64,000 nt of DNA from a bacterium (GTDB taxonomy: Bacteria; Bacillota_I; Bacilli_A; RFN20; CAG-826). The number at the start of each line of letters is the position of its first letter. Positions within the stretch are counted from its first letter, which is position 1. The stretch lies in NCBI GenBank assembly GCA_963617535.1, contig CAVEPD010000003.1, forward strand, positions 28,225 through 92,224, in the 5' to 3' direction. Positions 52,007 through 61,729 of the stretch are shown here, in pieces. The position numbers were made by a program, and so were the translations under genes. The notes below the pieces were generated by a model. The model was not told the origin of the DNA, made no database searches, and was given only the letters and a program-made list of their open reading frames with translations.

Positions 52007-52581
52007 ACGAAGAGAAAGAAGAAGGGGGGCTCTTCTCCGGCAAGAAAGTCTCCAAAGAGAAATATCAGAAAGCTCTGGAAGAAGCGGAGAAAGCTAATGC
52101 CGACAGAGACCACTGGAAGAACGAATACTACCGCGCCTATGCGGATATGTCGAATCTGAGGAAGTCCCTGGAAGACGAAAAGCGCACCGCGCTTCGTTAC
52201 CGCTCCGAAGGCTTCCTTGAAAAGCTCCTCCCCGCACTTGATGCCTTCCGCATGGCGTTAGTCGCATCGCCGACTAGCCCCGAAGCGAAGAACTACCAAG
52301 TCGGCTTCCAATACATCTACAAGCAGCTTCAAGGAGCCTTGGAAGAAGAAGGGGTTAGCGAACTTACCCCCAAGCTCAACGAGCCTTATGACATCGCCTA
52401 TATGCATGCGGTGGATAGCGAGGTCAACAACGACCTCCCCGAGAACACCGTCGTCAAAGTCTATAGCGCCGGTTATAAGCTGCATGATCGCCTCATCCGC
52501 CCAGCGATGGTCGCGGTCAGCAAAAAAGAAAAGAAAGAAGAACCTGCCTCAAAGGCAGAAGAAGACGGCCACGCCGCCTAA
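51937..52581 (+). CDS. grpE: nucleotide exchange factor GrpE
   Basis: AAAGGAGAG SD 6 nt before ATG 51937. DHWKNEYYRAYADMSNLRK coiled-coil, plus a C-terminal YKLHDRLIRPAMV motif. Confidence 0.9.
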   Translation: MPEEKQEQPQNGASQTEQEENKVNEEKEEGGLFSGKKVSKEKYQKALEEAEKANADRDHWKNEYYRAYADMSNLRKSLEDEKRTALRYRSEGFLEKLLPALDAFRMALVASPTSPEAKNYQVGFQYIYKQLQGALEEEGVSELTPKLNEPYDIAYMHAVDSEVNNDLPENTVVKVYSAGYKLHDRLIRPAMVAVSKKEKKEEPASKAEEDGHAA

Positions 52582-52597
52582 AGGAGAATAAAACATT

Positions 52598-54439
52598 ATG
52601 GCAAAAGAAATCATCGTCGGCATCGACCTCGGCACGACTAACTCAGTTATCAGCGTCATGCAGGCCGATGGCAAAGTCAAAGTCATCCCGAACCCGGAAG
52701 GAACCAACACCACCCCCTCCGTCGTCGCCTTCAAAGGGGACGGCGAGGAAATCGTGGGCAACGCCGCGAAGCGCCAGGCGATCACCAATCCTGACACCGT
52801 CTCTAGCGCCAAGCGCCACATCGGCACTTCCGACAAATTCCACATCAACTGCCTGAACAAGGATTTCACCCCGCAGGAAATCAGCTCGAAAGTCCTCTCT
52901 TACATGAAGACCTACGCCGAGAAAAATCTCGGCCAGCCCGTCAAAAAAGCCGTCATCACGGTCCCTGCCTACTTCAATGACGCCCAGCGTCAGGCCACCA
53001 AAGACGCCGGCACGATCGCAGGCCTTGACGTCGTGCGCATCATCAACGAGCCGACCGCGGCTTGCCTTGCCTTCGGCTTAGAGAGCAACAAGTCCGAGAA
53101 AGTCCTCGTCTTCGACCTTGGCGGAGGCACGCTCGATGTCTCTATCCTTGATATTGGCGATGGCACCTTCCAGGTCTTGGCCACGAACGGCGACACCCAT
53201 CTCGGCGGCGACGACTGGGACCACATGGTCGCGGATTGGATCCAGGCTCAGATCAAGATTGAGACCGGCGCCGACCTCACCGACAAGATGGCCCGTCAGC
53301 GTTTCCTCGACGCGGCCGAAAGAGCGAAGATCGAACTCTCTAGCTCCCTCCAGACGACCATCTCCCTTCCTTTCATTGGCATGAGCAGCAATGGCCCGAT
53401 CAACTTCGAGACCACGCTCACCAGAGCCAAATTCCAAGACCTCACCCGTTCCTTGCTCGAACGCTGCCGCATCCCGCTTGAGAAAGCGATGCAGGATAGC
53501 GGGCTCAACTACAACGAGATCGGCGATGTCCTCATGATCGGCGGCTCCATCCGCATGCCCGCGGTCCAAGAACTCGTCGCGAAGATCACCGGCAAGAAGC
53601 TGAATCTCTCCGTCAACCCTGACGAAGCCGTCTCCGCTGGCGCCGCCATCCAAGGCGCAGTCATCGCAGGCGACGTGAAGGACGTCGTCCTTCTCGACGT
53701 CACTCCGCTCACCCTCGGCATCGAGACCCTCGGCGGAGTCCTCACTCCTCTCATCCCGCGCAACACGACCATCCCGACCACCAAGAGCCAGATCTTCTCG
53801 ACCGCTGAAGACAATCAGCCGGCCGTCGACATCATGGTCTACCAAGGCGAGCGCCCGATGGCCCACGATAACAAGTTGCTTGGCCACTTCACCCTTTCCG
53901 GCATCCGCCCGGCCCGCAGAGGCCAGCCGCGCATCCAGGTCACCTTCTCAATCGACGTCAACGGCATCGTCAAAGTGAGCGCCGAAGACCTCGATAGCCA
54001 TCAGTCCCAGGATATCACAATCTCCGGTTCCAACGGCCTCTCTCAGGCCGACATCGACCGCATGGTGAAAGAGGCTGAGGCCAACAAAGAAGCCGACCAG
54101 AAGAGAAAAGACGACATCGAAGTCAAGAACAAGGCCCAAAGCTACGTCGATCAGATCAATACCACTCTCACCGAGCAAGGCGATAAGCTCTCCCCTGAAC
54201 AGAAGGATCAGCTCACCAAGCTTCGCGATGAGGCCAGCGGGGCGATCCAAGCTAACGACATCAACAAGCTCCGCGAGATCGTCGGCAAGCTCGAAGATGC
54301 GGCGGCCCAGGCTGGCGCCTATCAGAGCCAGGCTGGCGCGAATGCCGGCGCGAACGCGAATAGCGGCAGCGCCAGCAATGAAGGCAACGAGACCGCAGAC
54401 GATGTGGTGGACGCTGACTTCACCGACAGCAAGAAGTAA
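52598..54439 (+). CDS. dnaK: molecular chaperone DnaK (Hsp70)
   Basis: [20 protein letters not shown] and the rest of the canonical Hsp70 sequence. 613 aa. Confidence 0.97.
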   Translation: MAKEIIVGIDLGTTNSVISVMQADGKVKVIPNPEGTNTTPSVVAFKGDGEEIVGNAAKRQAITNPDTVSSAKRHIGTSDKFHINCLNKDFTPQEISSKVLSYMKTYAEKNLGQPVKKAVITVPAYFNDAQRQATKDAGTIAGLDVVRIINEPTAACLAFGLESNKSEKVLVFDLGGGTLDVSILDIGDGTFQVLATNGDTHLGGDDWDHMVADWIQAQIKIETGADLTDKMARQRFLDAAERAKIELSSSLQTTISLPFIGMSSNGPINFETTLTRAKFQDLTRSLLERCRIPLEKAMQDSGLNYNEIGDVLMIGGSIRMPAVQELVAKITGKKLNLSVNPDEAVSAGAAIQGAVIAGDVKDVVLLDVTPLTLGIETLGGVLTPLIPRNTTIPTTKSQIFSTAEDNQPAVDIMVYQGERPMAHDNKLLGHFTLSGIRPARRGQPRIQVTFSIDVNGIVKVSAEDLDSHQSQDITISGSNGLSQADIDRMVKEAEANKEADQKRKDDIEVKNKAQSYVDQINTTLTEQGDKLSPEQKDQLTKLRDEASGAIQANDINKLREIVGKLEDAAAQAGAYQSQAGANAGANANSGSASNEGNETADDVVDADFTDSKK

Positions 54440-54454
54440 TTCTTCATCCAATTA

Positions 54455-54485
54455 GGAAGGCGCCAGAATCTCTGGCGCCTCCTTT
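54455..54485 (+). terminator. hairpin (attenuator/terminator) between dnaK and dnaJ
   Basis: GGAAGGCGCCAGA-ATC-TCTGGCGCCTCC followed by TTT. Confidence 0.6.
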
Positions 54486-54513
54486 GCCTTAATTAGCAAG
54501 AAAGGAGGGCAAC

Positions 54514-55665
54514 ATGGGCGAAAGCAAACGCGATTACTACGAAGTGCTTGGGCTTAGCAAAACTGCGAGCAAGGACGAGATCAAATCCGCTTACCGGAAA
54601 CTCGCCAAGCAATACCATCCAGACATCAACCATTCTCCCGATGCCCCGAAGAAATTCCAAGAGGTTCAGGAGGCTTATGACGTTTTAAGCGACGACAATA
54701 AGCGCGCCCAATATGACCGTTTCGGCCAGGCTGCCTTCGAACAAGGCGCCTCTACCGGCGGCGCGGGTAACCCCTTCGGCGGAGGATTCTCCAGCCAAGG
54801 CTTCGGGGATTTCGACCTGAATGACATCTTCAATAGCTTCTTCGGCGGAGGAGCTAGACGAGGCGGAGCCTCGGGCTCTAGCGCCGGCCCTAGCAAAGGC
54901 CAAGACAGCCTCACCCGAATCCGCATCAACTTCATGGATGCCATTAATGGCACCAAAGTCACCGTCCCTTTGACTTACGATGAGCCCTGCGCGCATTGTC
55001 ATGGCACGGGAGCGGAGAGCGACAGCGATTACCAAACCTGCCCCCATTGCGGCGGGAGCGGAGTCGAAGTCACCACCCAGCGCACAATCTTCGGAAATAT
55101 GCAGAGCCAAACCACCTGTTCCCATTGCGGGGGTAGAGGCAAGGTTATCAAGAAGAAATGCCATGAATGCGACGGCAAGGGCTATTCGCGCGTCCATAAA
55201 GACCTTTTGGTCAATATCCCCGCGGGCATCAACTCCGGCCAGCAGATCAGAGTCTCCGGCAAAGGGGGCAAAGGCGTTAACGGCGGGCCGAATGGCGATC
55301 TCTACGTCGAAGTCCTCGTCGCTGACCATCCCGACTTCAAACGCGAGGGCAACGACATCCACCTCGATGTTCCCCTAAGCTTCGTTGACTGCGCCCTTGG
55401 GACGCAGATCGATGTTCCTACGGTCTACGGGGAAGTCACCGTGACGATTCCAGAAGGCACTCAGCCTGAGCAGATCCTTAAGCTTAAGGGCAGGGGCGTC
55501 CAAGACCTCCGTACCAAAAAGCCCGGCGATCAGTACCTCCACATAAAAGTGAAGACCCCGACGAAGCTTTCCAAGAACCAGAAAGACCTCTTGAAGGAAT
55601 TCCAGGCGCAGGAAAGCAAGAAAGACGGACCTTTTGCCAAGTGGAAGGAACGCTTCAAAAAATAA
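54514..55665 (+). CDS. dnaJ: molecular chaperone DnaJ
   Basis: J-domain DYYEVLGL...HPD, a Gly-rich region, and four CxxCxGxG zinc motifs. 383 aa. Confidence 0.96.
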   Translation: MGESKRDYYEVLGLSKTASKDEIKSAYRKLAKQYHPDINHSPDAPKKFQEVQEAYDVLSDDNKRAQYDRFGQAAFEQGASTGGAGNPFGGGFSSQGFGDFDLNDIFNSFFGGGARRGGASGSSAGPSKGQDSLTRIRINFMDAINGTKVTVPLTYDEPCAHCHGTGAESDSDYQTCPHCGGSGVEVTTQRTIFGNMQSQTTCSHCGGRGKVIKKKCHECDGKGYSRVHKDLLVNIPAGINSGQQIRVSGKGGKGVNGGPNGDLYVEVLVADHPDFKREGNDIHLDVPLSFVDCALGTQIDVPTVYGEVTVTIPEGTQPEQILKLKGRGVQDLRTKKPGDQYLHIKVKTPTKLSKNQKDLLKEFQAQESKKDGPFAKWKERFKK

Positions 55666-55673
55666 AAGAAACC

Positions 55674-55702
55674 GCCCAATTGATGCTTCGATTGGGCTTT
55701 TC
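55674..55702 (+). terminator. rho-independent terminator after dnaJ
   Basis: GCCCAAT-loop-ATTGGGC followed by TTTTCT. Confidence 0.7.
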
Positions 55703-55746
55703 TAATTCTCCACTCCGCGAGAGTGGTCTATAATTCCTTTTGCCTT

Positions 55747-56181
55747 ATGCCTTACTGCAAATCCTGTCACAAAGAAATATCCAGACTCGACAACGATGTC
55801 TGCCCTTACTGTGGGGAGAAAAACCCCATCGATAACGATTACGCGACCAAAGACGTTACCTCGTCTCTCGACCCCATCACGGGAAAATATGAGCTCTATA
55901 AGTCCAAATCATTGAAGGCTTACGTGATTCTGTGCATGACCCTTGGTTTCCTCGGGGTCCATGATTTCTACGCGGGCTTCAAGAAAAGGGGAATCGCCTT
56001 CCTTCTTTCTTTCCTGCTCCTTGTGGGAGGAGTGGGGAGCCTCATTTTCTTCTTGGCTTGGAAATCCTTCTGGATTTACATCATCCTGTTCCTTCTTTTC
56101 GTGATCTTCGACGTGGTCAATGGGCTACTCCTTAGCAAGAAAGCGCCTCTAAAGGACGCGGAAGGGGAGTATCTCCGTTAA
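55747..56181 (+). CDS. zinc-ribbon + TM2-domain membrane protein
   Basis: MPYCKSCHKEISRLDNDVCPYCGEKNP (CxxC...CxxC) followed by LGFLGVHDFYAGFKKRGIAFLL (TM2 motif). Confidence 0.7.
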   Translation: MPYCKSCHKEISRLDNDVCPYCGEKNPIDNDYATKDVTSSLDPITGKYELYKSKSLKAYVILCMTLGFLGVHDFYAGFKKRGIAFLLSFLLLVGGVGSLIFFLAWKSFWIYIILFLLFVIFDVVNGLLLSKKAPLKDAEGEYLR

Positions 56182-56988
56182 ATGGATCTGTTCCTCACCT
56201 TGGAGAAAAAGCAGAGAAAGACGCATTTCGAGCGCAGCGACGAAATGACGTTTTTTCTTAATAACAGCGGAGCTTTGGCCGATTATCCCATCTTTTCTTA
56301 TTACCGTAAGGCGGATACGCCCTTCCAGATCGAAAGGGCCAACATCATTCTTCGTTCCCTTCAGGCGAAACAGAACATCGACGAAGGCCTGAAAATTGCC
56401 AAGGCCAAAAGCGTTGGCTTAGGGGAAGAAGAGAAAGCACGGATCTTCCAGGAGACGATGGAACCCATCCTGGACAAGCTCCCTTATCACATCCATGAAG
56501 GGGAAAGAATCTACATTCCTTTCTTCTCCAAAAGCATCAATAGGCTCTATGCGAAAGACTGGCTGAAACTCGTCTCTTCGCCTTACAAACGGCTTCTAAG
56601 GAACTTCGACTCAATCCTCATCGACCCTTTCGATTATTACGGCGACGACCTCTTCGAATCACTTTTCACGAAGCTTGTACGCGTGAAGAAAACGGATGAG
56701 GGGAGCGCCTTCTATGACTACGATTCCTTCTCCATCTACTTCGTGAATAAGCAGGGGAGACTCGACTGCCAATGCTGTCTCTTCGACCGTTATCTAAAGG
56801 AGCAAAACCGCAACCATATGATGGAAAGAGTCCAGCCTGTTGTGGAAGCTTATTACAAGGGAGACGTTGAAGAACTTAAGAGATTTCTAGTAGAAAAGAA
56901 GTTAATTTCTAGTAGATTAATTTATAAGATTAATTACGATGAGACCGTAGTATTTTCTCGAATCGAAATGGATTGTGTTGAAAAATGA
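56182..56988 (+). CDS. hypothetical protein
   Basis: 268-aa ORF abutting the TM2 gene stop and overlapping the mtaB start (ATGA). No motif recognised. Confidence 0.55.
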   Translation: MDLFLTLEKKQRKTHFERSDEMTFFLNNSGALADYPIFSYYRKADTPFQIERANIILRSLQAKQNIDEGLKIAKAKSVGLGEEEKARIFQETMEPILDKLPYHIHEGERIYIPFFSKSINRLYAKDWLKLVSSPYKRLLRNFDSILIDPFDYYGDDLFESLFTKLVRVKKTDEGSAFYDYDSFSIYFVNKQGRLDCQCCLFDRYLKEQNRNHMMERVQPVVEAYYKGDVEELKRFLVEKKLISSRLIYKINYDETVVFSRIEMDCVEK

Positions 56989-58268
56989 AGAAATATTTTT
57001 TGCATAGCCTTGGATGCAAGGTAAACTCCTACGAGAACGCGGGCGTCGGCACTTGTTTGAAGAAAGTCGGATACGAGGAAAGCCATAGCGAAGAAGAGGC
57101 CGACGTCATCATCCTGAACACCTGCTCGGTCACCTCGAAAGCCGATCAGAAATCCCGTCAGCACATCTCTTCCTATCGTCGCAACAATCCCAAAGCCGTC
57201 ATCGTCGTCATGGGCTGCTACTCGCAGACTCACGCCGAGCAAGCCGCCTCTTTAGGCGCCGATATCGTTTTGGGGGCAGCCGATCGTTCCCTCATTCCTT
57301 CTTATATAGAGAGATTCGAATCCGACCATCAGAAGATCATCGACGTGAAGAAGAGCGTCCGCAAAGAGGGCTATGAGGAGCTTGGCGCCAATTCCTTCTG
57401 CGAGAATGCGCGCGCATATTTGAAGATTCAGGACGGGTGCGACAATTTCTGCTCCTATTGCTTCATCCCTTTCTTAAGGGGCAATTCCCGCTCCAGAGAG
57501 CCAAGGGAAGTCATTTCGGAGGCTGAAAGCCTCGTGAACGCTGGCTATAAGGAAATCGTCATCACCGGCATTCATATCGGAGGCTATGGCAAGGATTTGG
57601 CAGATGGCTCCTATCGTTTCTCGGACCTCATCGAGGATATCCTCGATTCTTGCCCCGATCTTTTCCGCCTTCGCATCTCTTCGATCGAGGAAAGCGAGAT
57701 CGACGAGAAACTGCTCGGCTTATTAAAAACGAGAAGCAACATCGCTTCTCATCTCCATATCCCCCTCCAATCCGGGAGCAGCAGTGTGCTTCAGCGCATG
57801 AAAAGGAAGTACGACACCGACGCTTTCTTGCGTAAACTCGATCTTATCCGCGCGGCAAGGCCGGGGATCGCGATCACCACGGATGTCATCGCGGGCTTCC
57901 CTTTGGAGAGCGAGGAAGAATGGAGAGAGACCGTTTCTTTCTGCGAGAAGGCGCGCTTCGCCGAGATCCACGTTTTCCCTTTCTCCTCTCGTCCAGGCAC
58001 TTACGCCGCGACGCTGAAAGACACGGACCCCCAAGTGAAAAAAGCCCGTGTCGCCGAACTTTTATCTCTTTCTTCTAAATTGAGGAAAGAGTACGAGGAA
58101 GCCTATTATGGCAAGAAGATGCCTGTGCTTTTCGAGGATTATTCCGCCGAGAAAGGCTTAGCCAAAGGCCATAGTTCCAACTATCTTCTTTTCACCGTCC
58201 CTAGCGACAGGCCCCGTCATGGGGAAATCGAAGAAATAACCTATGAACCTTCGGTGGCAGGCGACTAA
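56985..58268 (+). CDS. mtaB: tRNA threonylcarbamoyladenosine methylthiotransferase MtaB (MiaB-like radical SAM)
   Basis: LGCKVNSYE (UPF0004 domain), IQDGCDNFCSYCFIP radical SAM motif, C-terminal TRAM. Position downstream of dnaJ as for Bacillus yqeV. Confidence 0.85.
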   Translation: MKKYFLHSLGCKVNSYENAGVGTCLKKVGYEESHSEEEADVIILNTCSVTSKADQKSRQHISSYRRNNPKAVIVVMGCYSQTHAEQAASLGADIVLGAADRSLIPSYIERFESDHQKIIDVKKSVRKEGYEELGANSFCENARAYLKIQDGCDNFCSYCFIPFLRGNSRSREPREVISEAESLVNAGYKEIVITGIHIGGYGKDLADGSYRFSDLIEDILDSCPDLFRLRISSIEESEIDEKLLGLLKTRSNIASHLHIPLQSGSSSVLQRMKRKYDTDAFLRKLDLIRAARPGIAITTDVIAGFPLESEEEWRETVSFCEKARFAEIHVFPFSSRPGTYAATLKDTDPQVKKARVAELLSLSSKLRKEYEEAYYGKKMPVLFEDYSAEKGLAKGHSSNYLLFTVPSDRPRHGEIEEITYEPSVAGD

Positions 58269-58360
58269 TTCGAATATTTTTTGACATCGTATCACTTTTT
58301 GACTTGTTTCTGCCTTCGACCCTCGTATAATTCCCCCCGGAAAACGAAAGGAGATTACTC

Positions 58361-58549
58361 ATGGCAGTCCCACAGAGAAGAATCAGCAAAACCCGTAAAA
58401 GAATGCGCCGCTCCCACTTCAAGCTCGAAGTGACCGGCTTGGTCGCTTGCCCCCATTGCGGAGCGATGATCCGTTCCCATCGTGTTTGCCCCGAATGCGG
58501 CTATTACGATGGCAAGGAAGTCTTGCACATCAACAAGAAAGGCGAATAA
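58361..58549 (+). CDS. rpmF: 50S ribosomal protein L32
   Basis: Start [19 protein letters not shown], with CPHCG...CPECG zinc ribbon. AAAGGAG SD. TATAAT at 58326-31. Confidence 0.93.
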   Translation: MAVPQRRISKTRKRMRRSHFKLEVTGLVACPHCGAMIRSHRVCPECGYYDGKEVLHINKKGE

Positions 58550-58560
58550 AGCTCGCTTGG

Positions 58561-58593
58561 CCCAAGGAAAACCTTCCTTGGGTCTTTCTTTTT
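58561..58593 (+). terminator. rho-independent terminator after rpmF
   Basis: CCCAAGGAA-AACC-TTCCTTGGG followed by TCTTTCTTTTT. Confidence 0.85.
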
Positions 58594-58631
58594 ACCTCCT
58601 TAACTCCGATAATCCTAGACGAGGTACAACT

Positions 58632-59288
58632 ATGGAATTCAACAAACTTTTCGATCACACCCTTTTGAAACCCGAGGCCACTTCGGAACAAATCAAGAAG
58701 CTCTGCCTTGAGGCGAGACAATACGATTTCGCTTCCGTCTGCGTGAACCCCGATTTCGTCTCTCTTGCCCATAAGGAACTTGAGGGCACTTCCGTGAAGG
58801 TATGCACGGTCATCGGCTTCCCTTTGGGAGCCAATAAGACGGGTATTAAAGTCGCGGAGGCCAAAGAGGCCATCAAAGATGGGGCTAGCGAGATCGACAT
58901 GGTTCAAAACGTCTCCTGGGTCAAAGAAGGACGTTACGACCTTATCGAAAACGAGGTGAGGGCCTTAAAAGATGCGGTGGGCGGACTTGTTTTGAAGGTG
59001 ATCCTCGAGACCTGCCTCCTCACCAAAGAGGAGATTCGCCTCTCTTCCATTGCCTGCAAAAAAGGCGGCTGCGACTTCGTGAAGACCTCTACGGGTTTCT
59101 CAAAAGGCGGGGCAACCGTCGAAGACGTCGCGATCATGCGCGGTGCGGTTGGGCCTGATTTGGGCGTCAAGGCAAGCGGCGGCATCCATCATTATGATGA
59201 GGTGAAAGCCCTTGTCGAAGCCGGCGCGACCCGCATCGGCGCAAGCGCTTCGGTGACAATCATGGAGGAAAAGGCGAAAATCGCCTGA
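58632..59288 (+). CDS. deoC: deoxyribose-phosphate aldolase
   Basis: Start MEFNKLFDHTLLKPEAT, with VCVNP and the FVKTSTGF Schiff-base Lys motif. The ORF-track start at 58482 overlaps rpmF and is rejected. Confidence 0.92.
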   Translation: MEFNKLFDHTLLKPEATSEQIKKLCLEARQYDFASVCVNPDFVSLAHKELEGTSVKVCTVIGFPLGANKTGIKVAEAKEAIKDGASEIDMVQNVSWVKEGRYDLIENEVRALKDAVGGLVLKVILETCLLTKEEIRLSSIACKKGGCDFVKTSTGFSKGGATVEDVAIMRGAVGPDLGVKASGGIHHYDEVKALVEAGATRIGASASVTIMEEKAKIA

Positions 59289-59355
59289 AAATGATTGCTA
59301 TTTGCCCTGACTAGGGGTAAATTAACCCACGTCCGGAAAGGAAGTGAGAACCGAA

Positions 59356-59532
59356 ATGTCAGTGAAAGTCGTTGTTCGTGAGAACGAAACCATCGATGAC
59401 GCGCTCCGTCGTTTCAAAAGAGGCGTCAACAAGTCCGGCATCCTCTTCGAGACCCGGAAACGCGAAGCTTATCTGAAACCTGGCCTTGCCAGAAAGATGA
59501 AGTCGAAGATGGCCCGCAGGAAGAAATTCTAA
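59356..59532 (+). CDS. rpsU: 30S ribosomal protein S21
   Basis: Start [22 protein letters not shown], ending RRKKF. 58 aa. Confidence 0.93.
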   Translation: MSVKVVVRENETIDDALRRFKRGVNKSGILFETRKREAYLKPGLARKMKSKMARRKKF

Positions 59533-59544
59533 TCTTGCAAAAGC

Positions 59545-59573
59545 GACCCCGAAAAAAATCGGGGTCTTTTTTT
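59545..59573 (+). terminator. rho-independent terminator after rpsU
   Basis: GACCCCGA-AAAAAA-TCGGGGTC followed by TTTTTTT. Confidence 0.9.
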
Positions 59574-59631
59574 CACCTTTTTGGGGCATGAAGCGATTTT
59601 CCTCTTTATTAATAGGGTGAGGAGACAAGAA

Positions 59632-60855
59632 ATGATCTACCAAGCCCAAGAAAAAGGCTGCGGATACGCAGCAATCAAAAATCTCTTAGCCTACAACGGG
59701 TTCGCTCACGCCGAATCCCTTGCCGAGCCTCCAATCGCCGATAAGGCCCCATCTCTAGGGGAGCTTATCTCTTTCGCGAGCGAATTCGGTCTCACCCTCT
59801 CCGGCTACAAATTCCTTGAGCCGGGGGCCTTATCTAGCTGCGACAGCTTCCCGCTTCTTTTGATGCTAGAAGAGGAGGGGAACGGCCATCTCGTGATGGC
59901 CAAGAAGAAAAAGAAGGACCGTTATCTCATATTGGACCCCGCTTCGGGAGAATCGTGGCAGAAGGAGGAAGACCTTCTCCCGAAGTTCAGCGGGGTCTAC
60001 CTTAGGCAGCTCTCCTATGAGAGCAAGCAAGAAAAAGGCGAGGCCGTGACTCCCCTTAAGCGACCCCTTATCGCTTACGTGCTGCCTCTTTTCCCGGTTT
60101 TGGAGGCAGCCCTCGCCTTTTTCGCCATCATGTTCTTCTCGAATGTGAGCAATTTCTCCTTGCTCCTTCTTTTTATGGCGGCTTATTGCCTGCTCATCCT
60201 CGCACGTTCCGTCTTCCTCATGGCTGCGATGGAACACTTCGATGCGCAGTGGTCGGGAGGGCTTGCGATGAGGGAGAAAGAAGATAGGAAAGAGGCCATG
60301 AAACATTACCTGGCCTACAAGAAAGCCTCGATCGTCCCCTGGGTCAATCTTCCGGAGAACATCGCCTGCTTCGCCTTCGTCTTCTTTTTGGTCGCAATCA
60401 ACGAGCCTTTGTTCGCCTGCCTCACCTTGATCCCTTTCGGCGCTTTCTTCCTCGATAAGCTGCTGATGAGGAAAAGGAGGAAGAAGGAGATCGAAAAAAT
60501 CAGCGCGGAGGAGAAGGCATTCTTGGAATCCGATGACACGATTGGGAAAAGAATGGGGATGCTGAGCGATCTTTTCTCCTCTTTGACCGTCTACACGAGG
60601 AAAGAGCTCAGCAAAAGAGCAATCCTCGTTTTGCTTTGCCTAGCCTCCTCTTGTCTAGGCCTCTTAAGCGGGGAATTCGCGAGCAACCGCTTCCTGCTTT
60701 TCGTCTTCTCCAGCCTCTATTTGCTTAGCTTAGGGGAGAGGATATTCGAGGACGGGCAAAGCGTTGAGACCGAAAAGAAGGAACGTTCCTATTTCTATCA
60801 GCATTTCGTGAATGGGGGACGGTTCATTGTTGATACGGAAAATGATAAGATATAG
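59632..60855 (+). CDS. peptidase C39-like domain fused to a multi-pass membrane domain (no ATPase domain)
   Basis: YQAQEKGCGYAAIKNLLAY (Gln-x5-Cys), GHLVMAKKKKKDRYLILDPASG (His, Asp-Pro) as in bacteriocin-processing C39 peptidases, followed by about 5 TM segments. GTGAGGAG SD. Confidence 0.65.
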   Translation: MIYQAQEKGCGYAAIKNLLAYNGFAHAESLAEPPIADKAPSLGELISFASEFGLTLSGYKFLEPGALSSCDSFPLLLMLEEEGNGHLVMAKKKKKDRYLILDPASGESWQKEEDLLPKFSGVYLRQLSYESKQEKGEAVTPLKRPLIAYVLPLFPVLEAALAFFAIMFFSNVSNFSLLLLFMAAYCLLILARSVFLMAAMEHFDAQWSGGLAMREKEDRKEAMKHYLAYKKASIVPWVNLPENIACFAFVFFLVAINEPLFACLTLIPFGAFFLDKLLMRKRRKKEIEKISAEEKAFLESDDTIGKRMGMLSDLFSSLTVYTRKELSKRAILVLLCLASSCLGLLSGEFASNRFLLFVFSSLYLLSLGERIFEDGQSVETEKKERSYFYQHFVNGGRFIVDTENDKI

Positions 60856-60863
60856 CGGTTCAT

Positions 60864-61334
60864 ATGGAACTCGAATTTGAAAACCGCTTAGAAGAAACCT
60901 ACGACGAGTACGAAGAGAAATACAAGAAGATCATGGGCGTGGCCTTTGATCTTTTGTCTATCAAGGCCAATTACGAGGTCGACGTGTCTTTGGTGGATGA
61001 TGAGACGATCCATCAGATCAACCGCGATTACCGCAAGGTCGACCGTGTGACCGACGTCATCTCCTTCGCTTTCAACGACGACAAAAGCGAGGAGGGGCTC
61101 ATCAACGGCAACGACGTCCCCAGGATGCTAGGGGAGATCTTCATCTGCGTTCCCCAGGCCCTTCGCCAAGCCAAAGACATCGGCAACACGGTGGAAAGGG
61201 AGATGTGCTTCCTCTTTTGCCATGGCTTGCTGCACCTTCTTGGCTACGATCATATGAAGAAAGAGGATGAGGCGATCATGTTCCCTCTCCAGGACAAGAT
61301 ATTAGACGAAGTGAAAAAGGAGCAAACCAAATGA
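60864..61334 (+). CDS. ybeY: rRNA maturation endoribonuclease YbeY
   Basis: HGLLHLLGYDH zinc motif. 156 aa. Confidence 0.92.
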   Translation: MELEFENRLEETYDEYEEKYKKIMGVAFDLLSIKANYEVDVSLVDDETIHQINRDYRKVDRVTDVISFAFNDDKSEEGLINGNDVPRMLGEIFICVPQALRQAKDIGNTVEREMCFLFCHGLLHLLGYDHMKKEDEAIMFPLQDKILDEVKKEQTK

Positions 61335-61729
61335 CCCCAGAAGAGCTCGTTGACCAAGCAAGGGTGGCCCAAGGCCTCTCCTATTCGCCCTATTCCCATT
61401 TCGAGGTGGGCGCGGCGCTTCTTTGCAAGAACGGCAAAGTCTATTTCGGCGCGAACGTCGAGAATTCCAGCTATGGCCTATCGATGTGCGCGGAGAGAAA
61501 CGCGATCTACCATGCCCTCATGGAAGGGGAGTCGCCCGATAATTTCGAGGCTCTCGCCCTCATCGGGGATACTCCTGAGCCTATTTCTCCTTGCGGAGCC
61601 TGCCGCCAGGTGCTCAGCGAATTCTGCCCCAAGGACATGCCAATCTACATGGCGAGCGAAAGCGGCCAGATCTACCAGACCAACATCGAGGACCTTTTGC
61701 CTTATGCTTTTGAAGGAGACGTGCTATGA
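61331..61729 (+). CDS. cdd: cytidine deaminase
   Basis: CAERNAI and PCGACRQVL zinc-binding motifs. 132 aa. Confidence 0.92.
   Translation: MTPEELVDQARVAQGLSYSPYSHFEVGAALLCKNGKVYFGANVENSSYGLSMCAERNAIYHALMEGESPDNFEALALIGDTPEPISPCGACRQVLSEFCPKDMPIYMASESGQIYQTNIEDLLPYAFEGDVL

Noticed and set aside
58482-58631. N-terminal extension of the deoC ORF overlapping rpmF and its terminator
   Set aside because: The canonical DeoC N-terminus (MEFNKLFDHTLLKPEAT) with a GAGG SD starts at 58632. The extension crosses a strong terminator.
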